This document shows, piece by piece, positions 8,311 to 16,912 of a stretch of 32,000 bases of DNA (the stretch's first letter is position 1; every line of letters starts with the position of its first letter). Below the pieces are notes generated by a model, which was not told where the DNA came from, made no database searches, and worked only from the letters and a program-made list of their open reading frames with translations. The translations under genes were made by a program, and so were the position numbers. This DNA comes from Telmatocola sphagniphila (GTDB lineage Bacteria > Planctomycetota > Planctomycetia > Gemmatales > Gemmataceae): positions 540,001-572,000 of the forward strand of contig NZ_CP074694.1 of the NCBI RefSeq assembly GCF_018398935.1. Reading direction: 5' to 3'.

Positions 8311-8580
8311 CTACTGATTAAAAGGTTTGATGGTGATTTCTTTGTCGGAAATTTTGAACTCTTTGACGGAGTTGATTTCTCGAAGATTAGAGGAGAGCAG
8401 CTTTGCGGTGGGTTTATTACCCTTCGTTTCTATCTCGAAGATTGCAATTTTCGATTCCCCAAATCTCCGATCCCCGACCGCACTCAACAACCACTTTCCA
8501 TCCGGTATGGGGCTTTGGGCTCGTGCGTTGGGCACGGATAAAAAAACAACGATAAGAACTAGAGCGATTGTAAGGCACAT
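8311..8580 (-). CDS. Small secreted protein (89 aa), paralogous to the signal peptide plus N-terminal module of the adjacent 603-aa protein
   Basis: About 35 identical positions over about 70 aligned by eye. Small protein: ARAQSPIPDGKWLLSAVG...ESKIAIFEIETKGNKPTAKLL...KISDKEITI. 603-aa protein: ARAEAPLPDGKWLLTSIG...ESKVMILDIETKDNKTTAKIL...KITDKEIRI. It has an ATG start, and GGAG lies about 10 nt upstream. Confidence 0.6.
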   Translation of the reverse strand: MCLTIALVLIVVFLSVPNARAQSPIPDGKWLLSAVGDRRFGESKIAIFEIETKGNKPTAKLLSSNLREINSVKEFKISDKEITIKPFNQ

Positions 8581-8720
8581 AAAGCAATCTCCAGAGTTGC
8601 CGGGAGAGAGAGTTTCGATGAATATTAACTGAATTCTCAGCTCAAGAAAGCAAAAAATTTCGCAGTCAGGAGAGCTATCATCAGCGACTCAGAAACGGCC
8701 GGGCAGGTTTTTTTCATTCT

Positions 8721-8771
8721 CCAAAAGAAAAGGCGAGTGATTTACCGCCTTCAGCAGTGAATCACTCGCCT
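8721..8771 (-). terminator. Rho-independent-type terminator downstream of the 603-aa gene
   Basis: On the minus strand a 12-bp stem AGGCGAGTGATT / AATCACTCGCCT (8731-8742 / 8760-8771) with a 17-nt loop is followed by TTTCTTTTGG. Confidence 0.55.
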
Positions 8772-8793
8772 ATATCTTGAAACGAGGAGAGAT

Positions 8794-10605
8794 TTACTTC
8801 CTCGTCGTTTCCAATGTTGCCGAGGCGTGATCATCGAGCGGCAGTTCCACGGCCTGAAGCACCTTGCCCGTGTTGTCATCCTGAATGAATGCTATCACTT
8901 TGAGATCTTTCATATCCAGCGGACGGGTTTTATTAGCAAAGCTCGAACCGCCAGCAACGAAATCATCCAGGTATTTGGTAAGTCCCTGGCGAATGGTGCT
9001 GACATCCGCTTTTACTTCATGCTTGAAACTTTTCTCTTTGATTTCAAAGCCTGCAGCGCCACCCGGCATGGATCGAACGACCTGGTGATGGAAGCGCAGC
9101 TTGTTGCCGCCGACGTATTTGACGACATCCTCGACGACGAGGGTTCGAAGTTTCAGGCTTTCAGCAGGATCGACACCCGAAACATCCAGATTGATGGAAA
9201 TCCCGCTTCCGGTGCGAACGGCATGGCCGGTCAGTTTGACGGGAGTCTTCTCTTCGAGAATTTCGTCGATGATATCGCGATACTGCTTGTACTTGCTCTC
9301 CGAATTAGCCATACCGCCGCCGCCACCGGCTTTGGATACCCCATTGAAAATGGTGGTTGGGGTGCCGCGCACTTTGTCGGCACCAATGGTCTTGCGGTAG
9401 TAATCCCAGCGAGCGATGGTGTCGGTGTTCGTCAGGGGATCGGGACCGGGGATGTGCATGTGGTACTGCACCAGAACCAGCTCGCTATGTTTATACGTTT
9501 TGTGCAAGGCGTCGAAAGCGACGTCGGCCGCCACACACGGCGGGCACTGGGCCCCGGTAAATAGTTCCATCATCACAACCTGATTGGCTTCGGAATTCTT
9601 CCGACCGCTGTAGGTCGCCGGCTTAAAGGGAGGCACCGTTGCGAGATATTCCTGATCCAGTAGGGTTTCAAGCTTGGTGAGGCGAGCTTCGATCTCGGCC
9701 AATTCCTGCTTTTTGCCATTGGATTCCAGGATGCTCTTGTACGTATCCAGAACGCTCACCTGAAATGAAGTTGGATCTTTATCCGACAGAGATTTGGTCA
9801 GTGGTACCGCAACTTCGAGAGCAAGCGTTTCGAGTCCTTTTTGGTTTGAAAGGGTATTCGCCAGTGAAAAAGTGGTAAATCGTTCGAAGAGACTCCCGTA
9901 GAGTTTCGATTCCGTCTGTATGATCTTCACCAGCTTTTCAGCTTCCGGCTTTTCCACTTTCCACTTGGTAGCGGACGTGAGCAATTGGTTGGCTGCGGTG
10001 GCTCCGGCCAGAGTGCTGGAAGATTCCTCTACCGTTTTACGAAGTAAACCGGGAACTTTTTCAGCAGCCTCCTTTTGGGCTTCTGCCAATTTCGTCTGCA
10101 ATTCTTTTTTCTTTTCCGCGTCTTTTTCCGTACGAATTTGCTGTTGCAGCAGAATCGGTTTTACATTCAGATCCGTCACTTCTTTATAAGTCGCGGGCGG
10201 TACAGTCCGCGTGATAACTTCGTTGGCGGCAATGCGATCCATGTCGGTAGGGGCGAGTTTAGCGCGGCCATAACGGGATTCGTTGCCGTAGGCCCCCCGG
10301 ATGGAACTTTTGTCCGCACCGATTTCGGCGTGAAACGTGAGTCCGTTACCAAAGGTGATGCGGATTTCCTTGTCGGTGATTTTGGAATCTTTGATGACAA
10401 CCGTCTGCTTGCCAGGCAGCGCGAGTATCTTGGCCGTGGTTTTGTTATCCTTGGTTTCGATATCCAGGATCATCACTTTCGACTCGATCAGCGGGGAGCC
10501 GATCGAAGTTAAAAGCCACTTGCCATCGGGCAGTGGGGCTTCGGCCCGGGCACTGGAAGCCACTGCCAGTGCGAAGACGAATAAAAGTGCGAATCGCCGA
10601 TACAT
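8794..10605 (-). CDS. Secreted protein with N-terminal beta-rich module, Lys/Glu-rich helical middle and C-terminal thioredoxin-like region with CPPC motif
   Basis: Signal peptide is MYRRFALLFVFALAVASSARA. A coiled-coil-like EKDAEKKKELQTKLAEAQKEAAEK lies in the middle. ELFTGAQCPPCVAADVAF resembles a thioredoxin-fold CxxC active site. GGAGA lies 9 nt upstream of the ATG. The functional call is tentative. Confidence 0.65.
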   Translation of the reverse strand: MYRRFALLFVFALAVASSARAEAPLPDGKWLLTSIGSPLIESKVMILDIETKDNKTTAKILALPGKQTVVIKDSKITDKEIRITFGNGLTFHAEIGADKSSIRGAYGNESRYGRAKLAPTDMDRIAANEVITRTVPPATYKEVTDLNVKPILLQQQIRTEKDAEKKKELQTKLAEAQKEAAEKVPGLLRKTVEESSSTLAGATAANQLLTSATKWKVEKPEAEKLVKIIQTESKLYGSLFERFTTFSLANTLSNQKGLETLALEVAVPLTKSLSDKDPTSFQVSVLDTYKSILESNGKKQELAEIEARLTKLETLLDQEYLATVPPFKPATYSGRKNSEANQVVMMELFTGAQCPPCVAADVAFDALHKTYKHSELVLVQYHMHIPGPDPLTNTDTIARWDYYRKTIGADKVRGTPTTIFNGVSKAGGGGGMANSESKYKQYRDIIDEILEEKTPVKLTGHAVRTGSGISINLDVSGVDPAESLKLRTLVVEDVVKYVGGNKLRFHHQVVRSMPGGAAGFEIKEKSFKHEVKADVSTIRQGLTKYLDDFVAGGSSFANKTRPLDMKDLKVIAFIQDDNTGKVLQAVELPLDDHASATLETTRK

Positions 10606-10735
10606 GATTTATTCTCCAAAATGCAGTTGAGGGAGGTTATCTATGTGTTATTAAATTTGGTGAGAGTAATGGGGCGATTACGGCTCGTCCGGTATTCCTT
10701 CATTTTTTCTTAATGAATGGAAGACCGAGGCGGAT

Positions 10736-11254
10736 TCAGCTCAATTTTGCAATCAGAGCTTGGAGGAAGGCGGGCAGATCATCCGGCTTTCGGCTGGTGA
10801 TGATGTTCCCATCAACGACTACTTCCTCATCCACATAATGAGCTCCCGCATTGATCACATCATCCTTGATGGCAAAGAAACAGGTGGCCTTTTTCCCTTT
10901 TAGGGCATTGGTCGAACAAAGTACCCAGGGGCCGTGACAGATCGCGGCCAGCGGTTTCCCCTCATCTTGCAGAGCCTGAACAAACTGGATCATGGCCGGG
11001 ACTCTCCGGATGTAATCCGGGGCGAATCCGCCCGGAAGCACGGCCGCGTGATAATCCTTCGAAGTGACGGCGGTGATGCTTTTATCGCTCTTCGCTGGAT
11101 ACCCCAGTTTGGAAGGGTAGGATTTGCCCGCTTCCGGACCAATCAGATGGACTTCCGCCCCCGCTTCGCGCAATCGATAGACCGGATACCAGACTTCCAA
11201 CTCCTGATATTGCTGTTCGACCAGAACTGCAATTCGCTTGCCTTTGAGACTCAT
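10736..11254 (-). CDS. DJ-1/PfpI family protein (type 1 glutamine amidotransferase-like)
   Basis: MSLKGKRIAVLVEQQYQELEVWYP and the nucleophile elbow AAICHGPWVL, with a length of 172 aa. AGAGGA Shine-Dalgarno-like sequence upstream. Confidence 0.9.
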   Translation of the reverse strand: MSLKGKRIAVLVEQQYQELEVWYPVYRLREAGAEVHLIGPEAGKSYPSKLGYPAKSDKSITAVTSKDYHAAVLPGGFAPDYIRRVPAMIQFVQALQDEGKPLAAICHGPWVLCSTNALKGKKATCFFAIKDDVINAGAHYVDEEVVVDGNIITSRKPDDLPAFLQALIAKLS

Positions 11255-11678
11255 GTCGAATTCCTCTTTGTTTATTCAGAATATCAGAGGACTGCCCAGA
11301 TTGCCGGGAGGTCTCTGTTTTCGCTGTCCTACTTTGTTGAATCGGAAAGCGGTTCCGGAGTCCATTCAAACTTCTAGCGAAGTCGTATTCGAGTTCTGGG
11401 GGAAATGGATAAAACAGTGCGTAGAATGGGAAGAATTAAATGGGGAAACTCCTCTCATACCTTACGCTTTAGAGGTGAAGTGAAAGCACTTTTCAGTCGG
11501 CCCATGGCCTGACTGGGACGGACCGATAGGGAATCAGTCTCCTGCGATTTCGGCCATCGAACCCTCGGACTTGACAGAAAATCTGATTACCCTTAAAAGC
11601 TGTCCCGCTGTGGGAAACCGCGCCTTTTCGTACTCCGTGCGGGGTTCGGCACGAGCGCACCCAAGGGATGGATGGGTT

Positions 11679-14015
11679 ATGGGACAATTTCGCTGCGTTC
11701 TGGGCATTTGTGCTTTAGTGTGGACGCTTGGTTTGTTCCAAGGCGCACCTGCACTGAAAGCGGAAATACCTACCGGCAAAGAGGTGTCGCAAGTTTACGT
11801 CCAGGGTAATGCCCGTTACACGACGGAGCAGGTTCTCAGCCAAGTGTTGACCCGTCCCGGTCAGAAGTACAACCAGGTGACAGTCGACGACGATGTGCGA
11901 AAATTGCTATCGCGCGGTTGGTTCCAGGATGTCAAAGTTTATACCCAAATGACCAACGACGGAAAAGTAAACGTCTTTTTCCAGGTCGTCGAACTGAAAA
12001 ATGTCATTCAGAAAATTGAGTACCGCGGTGCACAGCACTTAAGCGAAAAAGAACTCGAAACACTGACTGGCTTGCGTAAAGGCTCGCCGAACAGCCCCAA
12101 CGCCAACCGTCTCGCTATCCAAAACATCGTTCGGAAGTACCAGGAGAATGGCCGTCCGTTTGCCAGCGTTCGTTTGATCGAAGGCGAAAAGACCGATGAT
12201 ACCCGGGTAATCTTTGATATCGTCGAAGGCCCGGTGGTGAAGATCGAATCGATCGGCGTGAAGTTCATCGGGACGCGCTCTGGAGATGTCAGCGAAGGTC
12301 GAATCAAAACTCAGATCAATAGCGGCACGCATTTTCTGCGGATTGGCGGCGAATACAACGCCATGACCGTGGAATCGGATGTAAACAAGATCAAAGAGTA
12401 TTACAAGTCGCTCGGATACCTCGCTGCCCGAGTTTCGCGCGAGCTGGAATGGTCGTCCGACCAACGCTCGGTGAAGATTTACTTTGTGGTCGAAGAGGGG
12501 GTTCGTTACAAGGTAGGCCGGGTCCAGATCGAGGGCGTGAAAGCCTATGATCAAGCGAAAATCGAATCCCTCGCCGATCTCAAGCCAAACGAGAATTACA
12601 GTAAAGGCGTCGTCACGGCGGACATTAAGAGAATCGAGAATTACTACGGTTACGGTGGCCGTCCAGCAATCGTCCAGGAAGTTCCCAACGAAACTCAGCC
12701 GGGCGTCGTTGAAGTTCGCTACGTGGTTGAAGAAAAAGAGCCCGTGCGTGTGAAGGAAGTTCTGATTCGCGGAAACGAAGTTACTCGCGATAACGTCATC
12801 CGTCGGCAGATTCCGATTCTTCCCGGTCAGATTTTAAGTTACCCGGATATTCTCAAGGGGGAGCAGAACCTAGCTCGACTGGGGATTTTCGATGACGAAC
12901 AGAAACCGAAGATTACCGTTCTCGATTCGGAAACCGGTCCGCCCGGATTCAAAGATATTCTGGTCGATGTGAAGGAAAAGCCGACCGGCCGGTTGATGTT
13001 CGGGGCGGGTGTGAACTCCGATGCGGGGATCACCGGTAGTATCGTGCTCAACGAGCAGAACTTCGACCCTTTCCGTCTACCGACCAGCTTTGAAGATATT
13101 CTCGAGGGCAGAGCCTTCCGAGGACGCGGCGAAGAATTCCGCCTGGAAGCGATGCCGGGTACTCAGACGCAGCGCTACTCCGCCAGCTGGCGCGAGCCTT
13201 ATTTGATGGATGGTCCTTATAGTCTCGGTCTGAGCGCTTACTACTTCACCCGAACCTACACCGAATACACCGAAGATCGGCTGGGCGCCCGTGTGAACAT
13301 CGGACGAAAACTCGACGATAATTGGTCCGTGAACGCGGCAGTTCGACTGGAAGATGTGAACGTCAAGGGAGTGCCCTGGTATGCTCCTATCGATGTTTCC
13401 AAATATCAGGGTCATAGCACGCTGATCGGCGAACGATTGGGCTTAACCTATGATTCGAGAGATTCTTATCTTCGACCGACCAAGGGTGAGATCATCAACG
13501 TCGGCTACGAACAGGTTGAAGGCACCTATACCTATGGGCTAGCCACGGCGGAAATGAGCAAGTACTTCACGCTTTACGAACGGGCGGATGGGAGCGGCCG
13601 ACAGGTCTTGCAGGTACGAAGTCAGGTCGGCTTTGCCGGGAGCGATACGCCTATCTACGAACGATTTTACGCCGGGGGCTTCCAGAGCATCCGAGGTTTC
13701 CAATTCCGGGGTGTGGGTCCCCGAGTGGATGACTTCGCAGTGGGTGGAAATTTTTCGCTCATGAATAGCGTGGAATATCAGATTCCCGTCGCGGCCAGCG
13801 ATAAGATCTACTTCGTCAGCTTCATCGACTCCGGTACTGTTGAGCGTAACGTCAGTATTCACGATTACCGCGTGACGGTGGGGGCCGGTCTGCGAATCTC
13901 GGTACCGCAGTTGTTTGGCCCGGTACCGCTGGCCCTCGACTTCGGTTTCCCAATCAATCAGAAGGATGGGGATAAGACTCAGGTCTTCAGCTTCTGGCTC
14001 GGCTTCTACAACTGA
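11679..14015 (+). CDS. bamA: Outer membrane protein assembly factor BamA (POTRA repeats + Omp85 beta-barrel)
   Basis: It has repeated POTRA-like units (e.g. VSQVYVQGNARYTTEQV, IQKIEYRGAQHLSEKEL, VKEVLIRGNEVTRDNVIRR). The C-terminal barrel carries RFYAGGFQSIRGF and ends in F-Y-N. The track start at 11571 is a TTG upstream extension without a signal peptide. ATG at 11679 gives MGQFRCVLGICALVWTLGLFQGAPA. Confidence 0.9.
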   Translation: MGQFRCVLGICALVWTLGLFQGAPALKAEIPTGKEVSQVYVQGNARYTTEQVLSQVLTRPGQKYNQVTVDDDVRKLLSRGWFQDVKVYTQMTNDGKVNVFFQVVELKNVIQKIEYRGAQHLSEKELETLTGLRKGSPNSPNANRLAIQNIVRKYQENGRPFASVRLIEGEKTDDTRVIFDIVEGPVVKIESIGVKFIGTRSGDVSEGRIKTQINSGTHFLRIGGEYNAMTVESDVNKIKEYYKSLGYLAARVSRELEWSSDQRSVKIYFVVEEGVRYKVGRVQIEGVKAYDQAKIESLADLKPNENYSKGVVTADIKRIENYYGYGGRPAIVQEVPNETQPGVVEVRYVVEEKEPVRVKEVLIRGNEVTRDNVIRRQIPILPGQILSYPDILKGEQNLARLGIFDDEQKPKITVLDSETGPPGFKDILVDVKEKPTGRLMFGAGVNSDAGITGSIVLNEQNFDPFRLPTSFEDILEGRAFRGRGEEFRLEAMPGTQTQRYSASWREPYLMDGPYSLGLSAYYFTRTYTEYTEDRLGARVNIGRKLDDNWSVNAAVRLEDVNVKGVPWYAPIDVSKYQGHSTLIGERLGLTYDSRDSYLRPTKGEIINVGYEQVEGTYTYGLATAEMSKYFTLYERADGSGRQVLQVRSQVGFAGSDTPIYERFYAGGFQSIRGFQFRGVGPRVDDFAVGGNFSLMNSVEYQIPVAASDKIYFVSFIDSGTVERNVSIHDYRVTVGAGLRISVPQLFGPVPLALDFGFPINQKDGDKTQVFSFWLGFYN

Positions 14016-14043
14016 TGTCGTTTAGTCTGGATCGATCAATTTC

Positions 14044-14068
14044 AGGGCAATTGTCTGCATATTGCCCT
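14044..14068 (+). terminator. Hairpin AGGGCAAT-tgtctgcat-ATTGCCCT 30 nt after the bamA stop
   Basis: Perfect 8-bp stem read directly. The flanks (aatttcagg / cctgaaaatt) extend it imperfectly. There is no clean U-tract. It overlaps the TTG (14062) that the ORF track uses for the next gene. Confidence 0.4.
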
Positions 14069-14118
14069 ATCCTGAAAATTTGATTTGCGCGGGAGCAAAT
14101 AGTCTTTACAATCGGTCG

Positions 14119-15210
14119 GTGCAAAGCCCCGATTGGAGACAGGCCTTGAAAACGCTGCTGATACTTCTTCTTTTTTCTTCCTCCCTCCACGCAGAGGATC
14201 AGCGAAAGCTGGAAATCGCCAAGCAGCCCGGCTACGTCCGCGCGGAGTTCATCTATGAATCCGCGCCGTTTCCGCAGTGTCACGCCTCCACTATCGTTGA
14301 AACTTCACAAGGGTTGGTCGCAGCCTGGTTCGGGGGAACTCGCGAGAAAAATCCCGATGTCTGTATCTGGCTCAGTCGTCAGGAGAACGGAAAGTGGACG
14401 GCTCCGGTACGCGTAGCCGATGGCATTCAGTCCGGGGGCAAACAACTCCCTTGCTGGAACCCAGTGTTATTCCAGCCGGAAAAAGGTCCGCTGATGCTCT
14501 TCTACAAGGTCGGGCCGAGCCCGGATACCTGGTGGGGAATGCTGAAGACCTCTACCGATTGTGGGATAACCTGGGGGGAGCCCCGTCGACTGCCGGAGGG
14601 CATTCTTGGGCCGATTAAAAATAAGCCGGTTCAGTTATCGAATGGTGATATTCTCTGCCCGACGAGCGATGAGACTAAAGGTTGGCGCGTCCATTTCGAG
14701 AGAAGTTCGGATGGCGGTAAAACCTGGAATGCCACCGAACCGGTGAACACCAAGTCCGAAGCAAGCATTATTCAACCCAGTATTCTGCTGCGGGGTAAAG
14801 ATCAACTTTTGGCGGTCGGCCGTTCGCAACAGCGAAAAATTTTTCAGATCGCCTCCTCCGATAACGGATTGCACTGGGGCAAAGTCCGTTTTTTAGATTT
14901 GCCCAATCCGAATTCCGGTACGGATGCCGTTACGTTAAAAGATGGCCGGCAACTACTGGTTTATAATCATACGCCTCTTTCTCGGTCCCCTTTGAATGTC
15001 GCGGTTTCTGAGAATGGAGAAACCTGGAAGGCGGCTATGATCCTGGAAAACGACCCGTTTCGGGAATTCAGTTATCCGGCGGTCATCCAAACCCGCGATG
15101 GTCTGGTGCACATCACTTACACCTGGAAGCGTGAACGGGTGCGACATGTGGTGCTGGACCCGAATAAATTCGTCTTGAAGGAGTTCAAATCGGGAGTCTG
15201 GCCCGATTGA
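14119..15210 (+). CDS. BNR/Asp-box repeat protein, sialidase (exo-alpha-sialidase)-like beta-propeller
   Basis: Asp-box motifs STDCGITW, SSDGGKTW, SSDNGLHW and SENGETW recur at regular spacing. GTG at 14119 gives a signal-like N-terminus (VQSPDWRQALKTLLILLLFSSSLHA). The TTG at 14062 lies inside the hairpin above. The start is uncertain. Confidence 0.75.
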   Translation: MQSPDWRQALKTLLILLLFSSSLHAEDQRKLEIAKQPGYVRAEFIYESAPFPQCHASTIVETSQGLVAAWFGGTREKNPDVCIWLSRQENGKWTAPVRVADGIQSGGKQLPCWNPVLFQPEKGPLMLFYKVGPSPDTWWGMLKTSTDCGITWGEPRRLPEGILGPIKNKPVQLSNGDILCPTSDETKGWRVHFERSSDGGKTWNATEPVNTKSEASIIQPSILLRGKDQLLAVGRSQQRKIFQIASSDNGLHWGKVRFLDLPNPNSGTDAVTLKDGRQLLVYNHTPLSRSPLNVAVSENGETWKAAMILENDPFREFSYPAVIQTRDGLVHITYTWKRERVRHVVLDPNKFVLKEFKSGVWPD

Positions 15211-15289
15211 TTGAGCGGAGGGGCGACGAGAAGCTTGGAGACTTGTAAGTTAGAGGAATCCCGAATACCGGAAGGAAATTGTAGCGTCC

Positions 15290-16390
15290 ATGTCGTCACC
15301 TCGCGTGCTGGTTATTTTCAACGAGCCGGTCTTATCTCCCTATCATCCGGATTACGCATCGGAAGTGGACGTGTTGGATATTCGGGATGATGTGATATGG
15401 ATTTTGGAAGAGGGGAATTTCCAAGTCGAGAGCGTGGGATTCTCCAAAGATCCTGCTGTGCTGCTGGATGCTTTGAAATCCTTCCGCCCGGATGCCGTAT
15501 TCAACTTGTTTGAAGGACTGGCCAATCAGAATGCCACGGAAATTTCGTGTGCCGGCTTGCTCGAATGGATGAACGTCAGTTTTACCGGTTCGAGTGCTTC
15601 GGCGATCGCTTTAGGTCGCGATAAAGTCCGTACGAAATTCTTGCTGCAGGGGGCCGGTCTGCCCACGCCGCGATTTCAGGTGGTGGAGCTTAAGACGAAG
15701 ATCACCTGGCCTTATAACTGGCCGGCGATGGTGAAGCCAATTACGCAGGATGCGAGCGTCGGTATTTCCCAAAAAAATGTCGTAACGAATGAGAAGGATC
15801 TGGCCGAGCAGGTCGAGCGAATTGGTACGGAGTATGGCGAACCGGTCCTAGTTGAGGAATACATAGACGGCCGCGAGTTTCACATCCATGTTCTCGAAGA
15901 TTACGAAAGTGGCCGCGCGGCTTCGAAATTGTCTCTGACACCCTTAATCGAATTGCGCTTCGACTATAACAATTCCTCGGATCTTTGGCCGATCTACACA
16001 TACAGTGCCAAATGGCTGGACGAATCGAAAGAGTTCAATTCCTCTTTTTTCGATTTGCCGGTTTATCTTGAGCCCAAGTTGATGGAGGAGATCCAGCGAG
16101 TCGCCCTGGGGGCCTTTCGCTGTATCGGATTGCGAGATTATTCCCGTCTCGATATCCGGCTTAGCGAAAAAGGAGTTCCCTACATCCTGGAAGTTAATCC
16201 GAATCCTTATCTTTTGAGTTATTTCTTCCAATTGACTTTGGAAGCGATGGGAAGATCGCTCCACGAACAAGTTCGGGATCTTGCCCGCAATGCCCTGTTT
16301 CGTGCGGGCCGTTTGACCGATTTACCCAGTCGCCCTTCCACGCATCTTTTATTACCTACAAAATCATATCGACAGGAATCGGAGAGTTGA
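15290..16390 (+). CDS. ATP-grasp enzyme of the D-alanine--D-alanine ligase-like family
   Basis: The Ddl-like N-domain is RVLVIFNEP...PDAVFNLFEG. GRDKVRTKFLLQGAGLPTP, MVKPITQDASVGI, VLVEEYIDGREF and ILEVNPNP are ATP-grasp blocks. The substrate is unknown. Confidence 0.8.
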   Translation: MSSPRVLVIFNEPVLSPYHPDYASEVDVLDIRDDVIWILEEGNFQVESVGFSKDPAVLLDALKSFRPDAVFNLFEGLANQNATEISCAGLLEWMNVSFTGSSASAIALGRDKVRTKFLLQGAGLPTPRFQVVELKTKITWPYNWPAMVKPITQDASVGISQKNVVTNEKDLAEQVERIGTEYGEPVLVEEYIDGREFHIHVLEDYESGRAASKLSLTPLIELRFDYNNSSDLWPIYTYSAKWLDESKEFNSSFFDLPVYLEPKLMEEIQRVALGAFRCIGLRDYSRLDIRLSEKGVPYILEVNPNPYLLSYFFQLTLEAMGRSLHEQVRDLARNALFRAGRLTDLPSRPSTHLLLPTKSYRQESES

Positions 16391-16393
16391 AAA

Positions 16394-16912
16394 ATGGCTT
16401 TTTCATTGCCGATCGTGAACTCTAAAACGGCGACCTTTGAATGCATTTTCGGGAGGGGTTGTGAAGGTCATTGCTGCAAAAATGGTCGCCCGAGCGTGAC
16501 GCCTCAGGAAAAGAAGGTAATCGATTCGAAGCTTGAGGAAGTCCTGCCGCACCTGAGACCGGTGGCTCAAAAGTTGATTGAGAAGGACGGCTATCTCAGC
16601 AAGCGGACGAAACTGGGTGCTCCCATGTTGCGCGTGATCGAGGAGTATTGTGTATTTTTCAATAAGGGCTGTGTGTTGCACAAAATCGGAGCCCAGGATG
16701 GTGCTGCCTACCAATATAAGCCGATTCAGTGTGCTCTGTTTCCCCTAACTAAAGATGAAGACACGAACGAATGGTATATCCGGCAATGGGGATATGGGGG
16801 CGAACAGTGGGATCTGTTCTGTCTAAATCCGAAGGAATCGAAAAAAAAGGCGGTAGTCACACTCGCTGAGGAAATCGCGCTCGCGGAAGAGTGCGAAAAA
16901 AGTAGCCGCTAA
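16394..16912 (+). CDS. Cysteine-cluster protein, YkgJ (CxxCxxCC)/DUF3109-like putative Zn/Fe-binding protein
   Basis: N-terminal FECIFGRGCEGHCCKNGRPSVTPQEKKVI, followed by YCVFFNKGCVLHK...YKPIQCALFPL, matches the general pattern of this superfamily from memory only. It starts 3 nt after the ATP-grasp stop, with GGAGAG 8 nt upstream. Confidence 0.55.
   Translation: MAFSLPIVNSKTATFECIFGRGCEGHCCKNGRPSVTPQEKKVIDSKLEEVLPHLRPVAQKLIEKDGYLSKRTKLGAPMLRVIEEYCVFFNKGCVLHKIGAQDGAAYQYKPIQCALFPLTKDEDTNEWYIRQWGYGGEQWDLFCLNPKESKKKAVVTLAEEIALAEECEKSSR

Noticed and set aside
7123-8730. The AT-rich block considered as a mobile element or genomic island with mobility genes.
   Set aside because: I found no integrase, transposase or recombinase, no terminal inverted or direct repeats beyond chance 7-mers, and no flanking tRNA. 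It is reported only as a compositional anomaly.
11571-11678. A TTG-initiated 36-codon extension of bamA.
   Set aside because: It has no signal peptide, and its TTG is part of a TTGACA -35-like hexamer. ATG at 11679 gives a proper signal sequence.
14062-14118. A TTG start for the BNR/sialidase-like gene.
   Set aside because: The TTG lies inside the 3' arm of the post-bamA hairpin. An in-frame GTG at 14119 gives a signal-peptide-like N-terminus. Neither start is proven.
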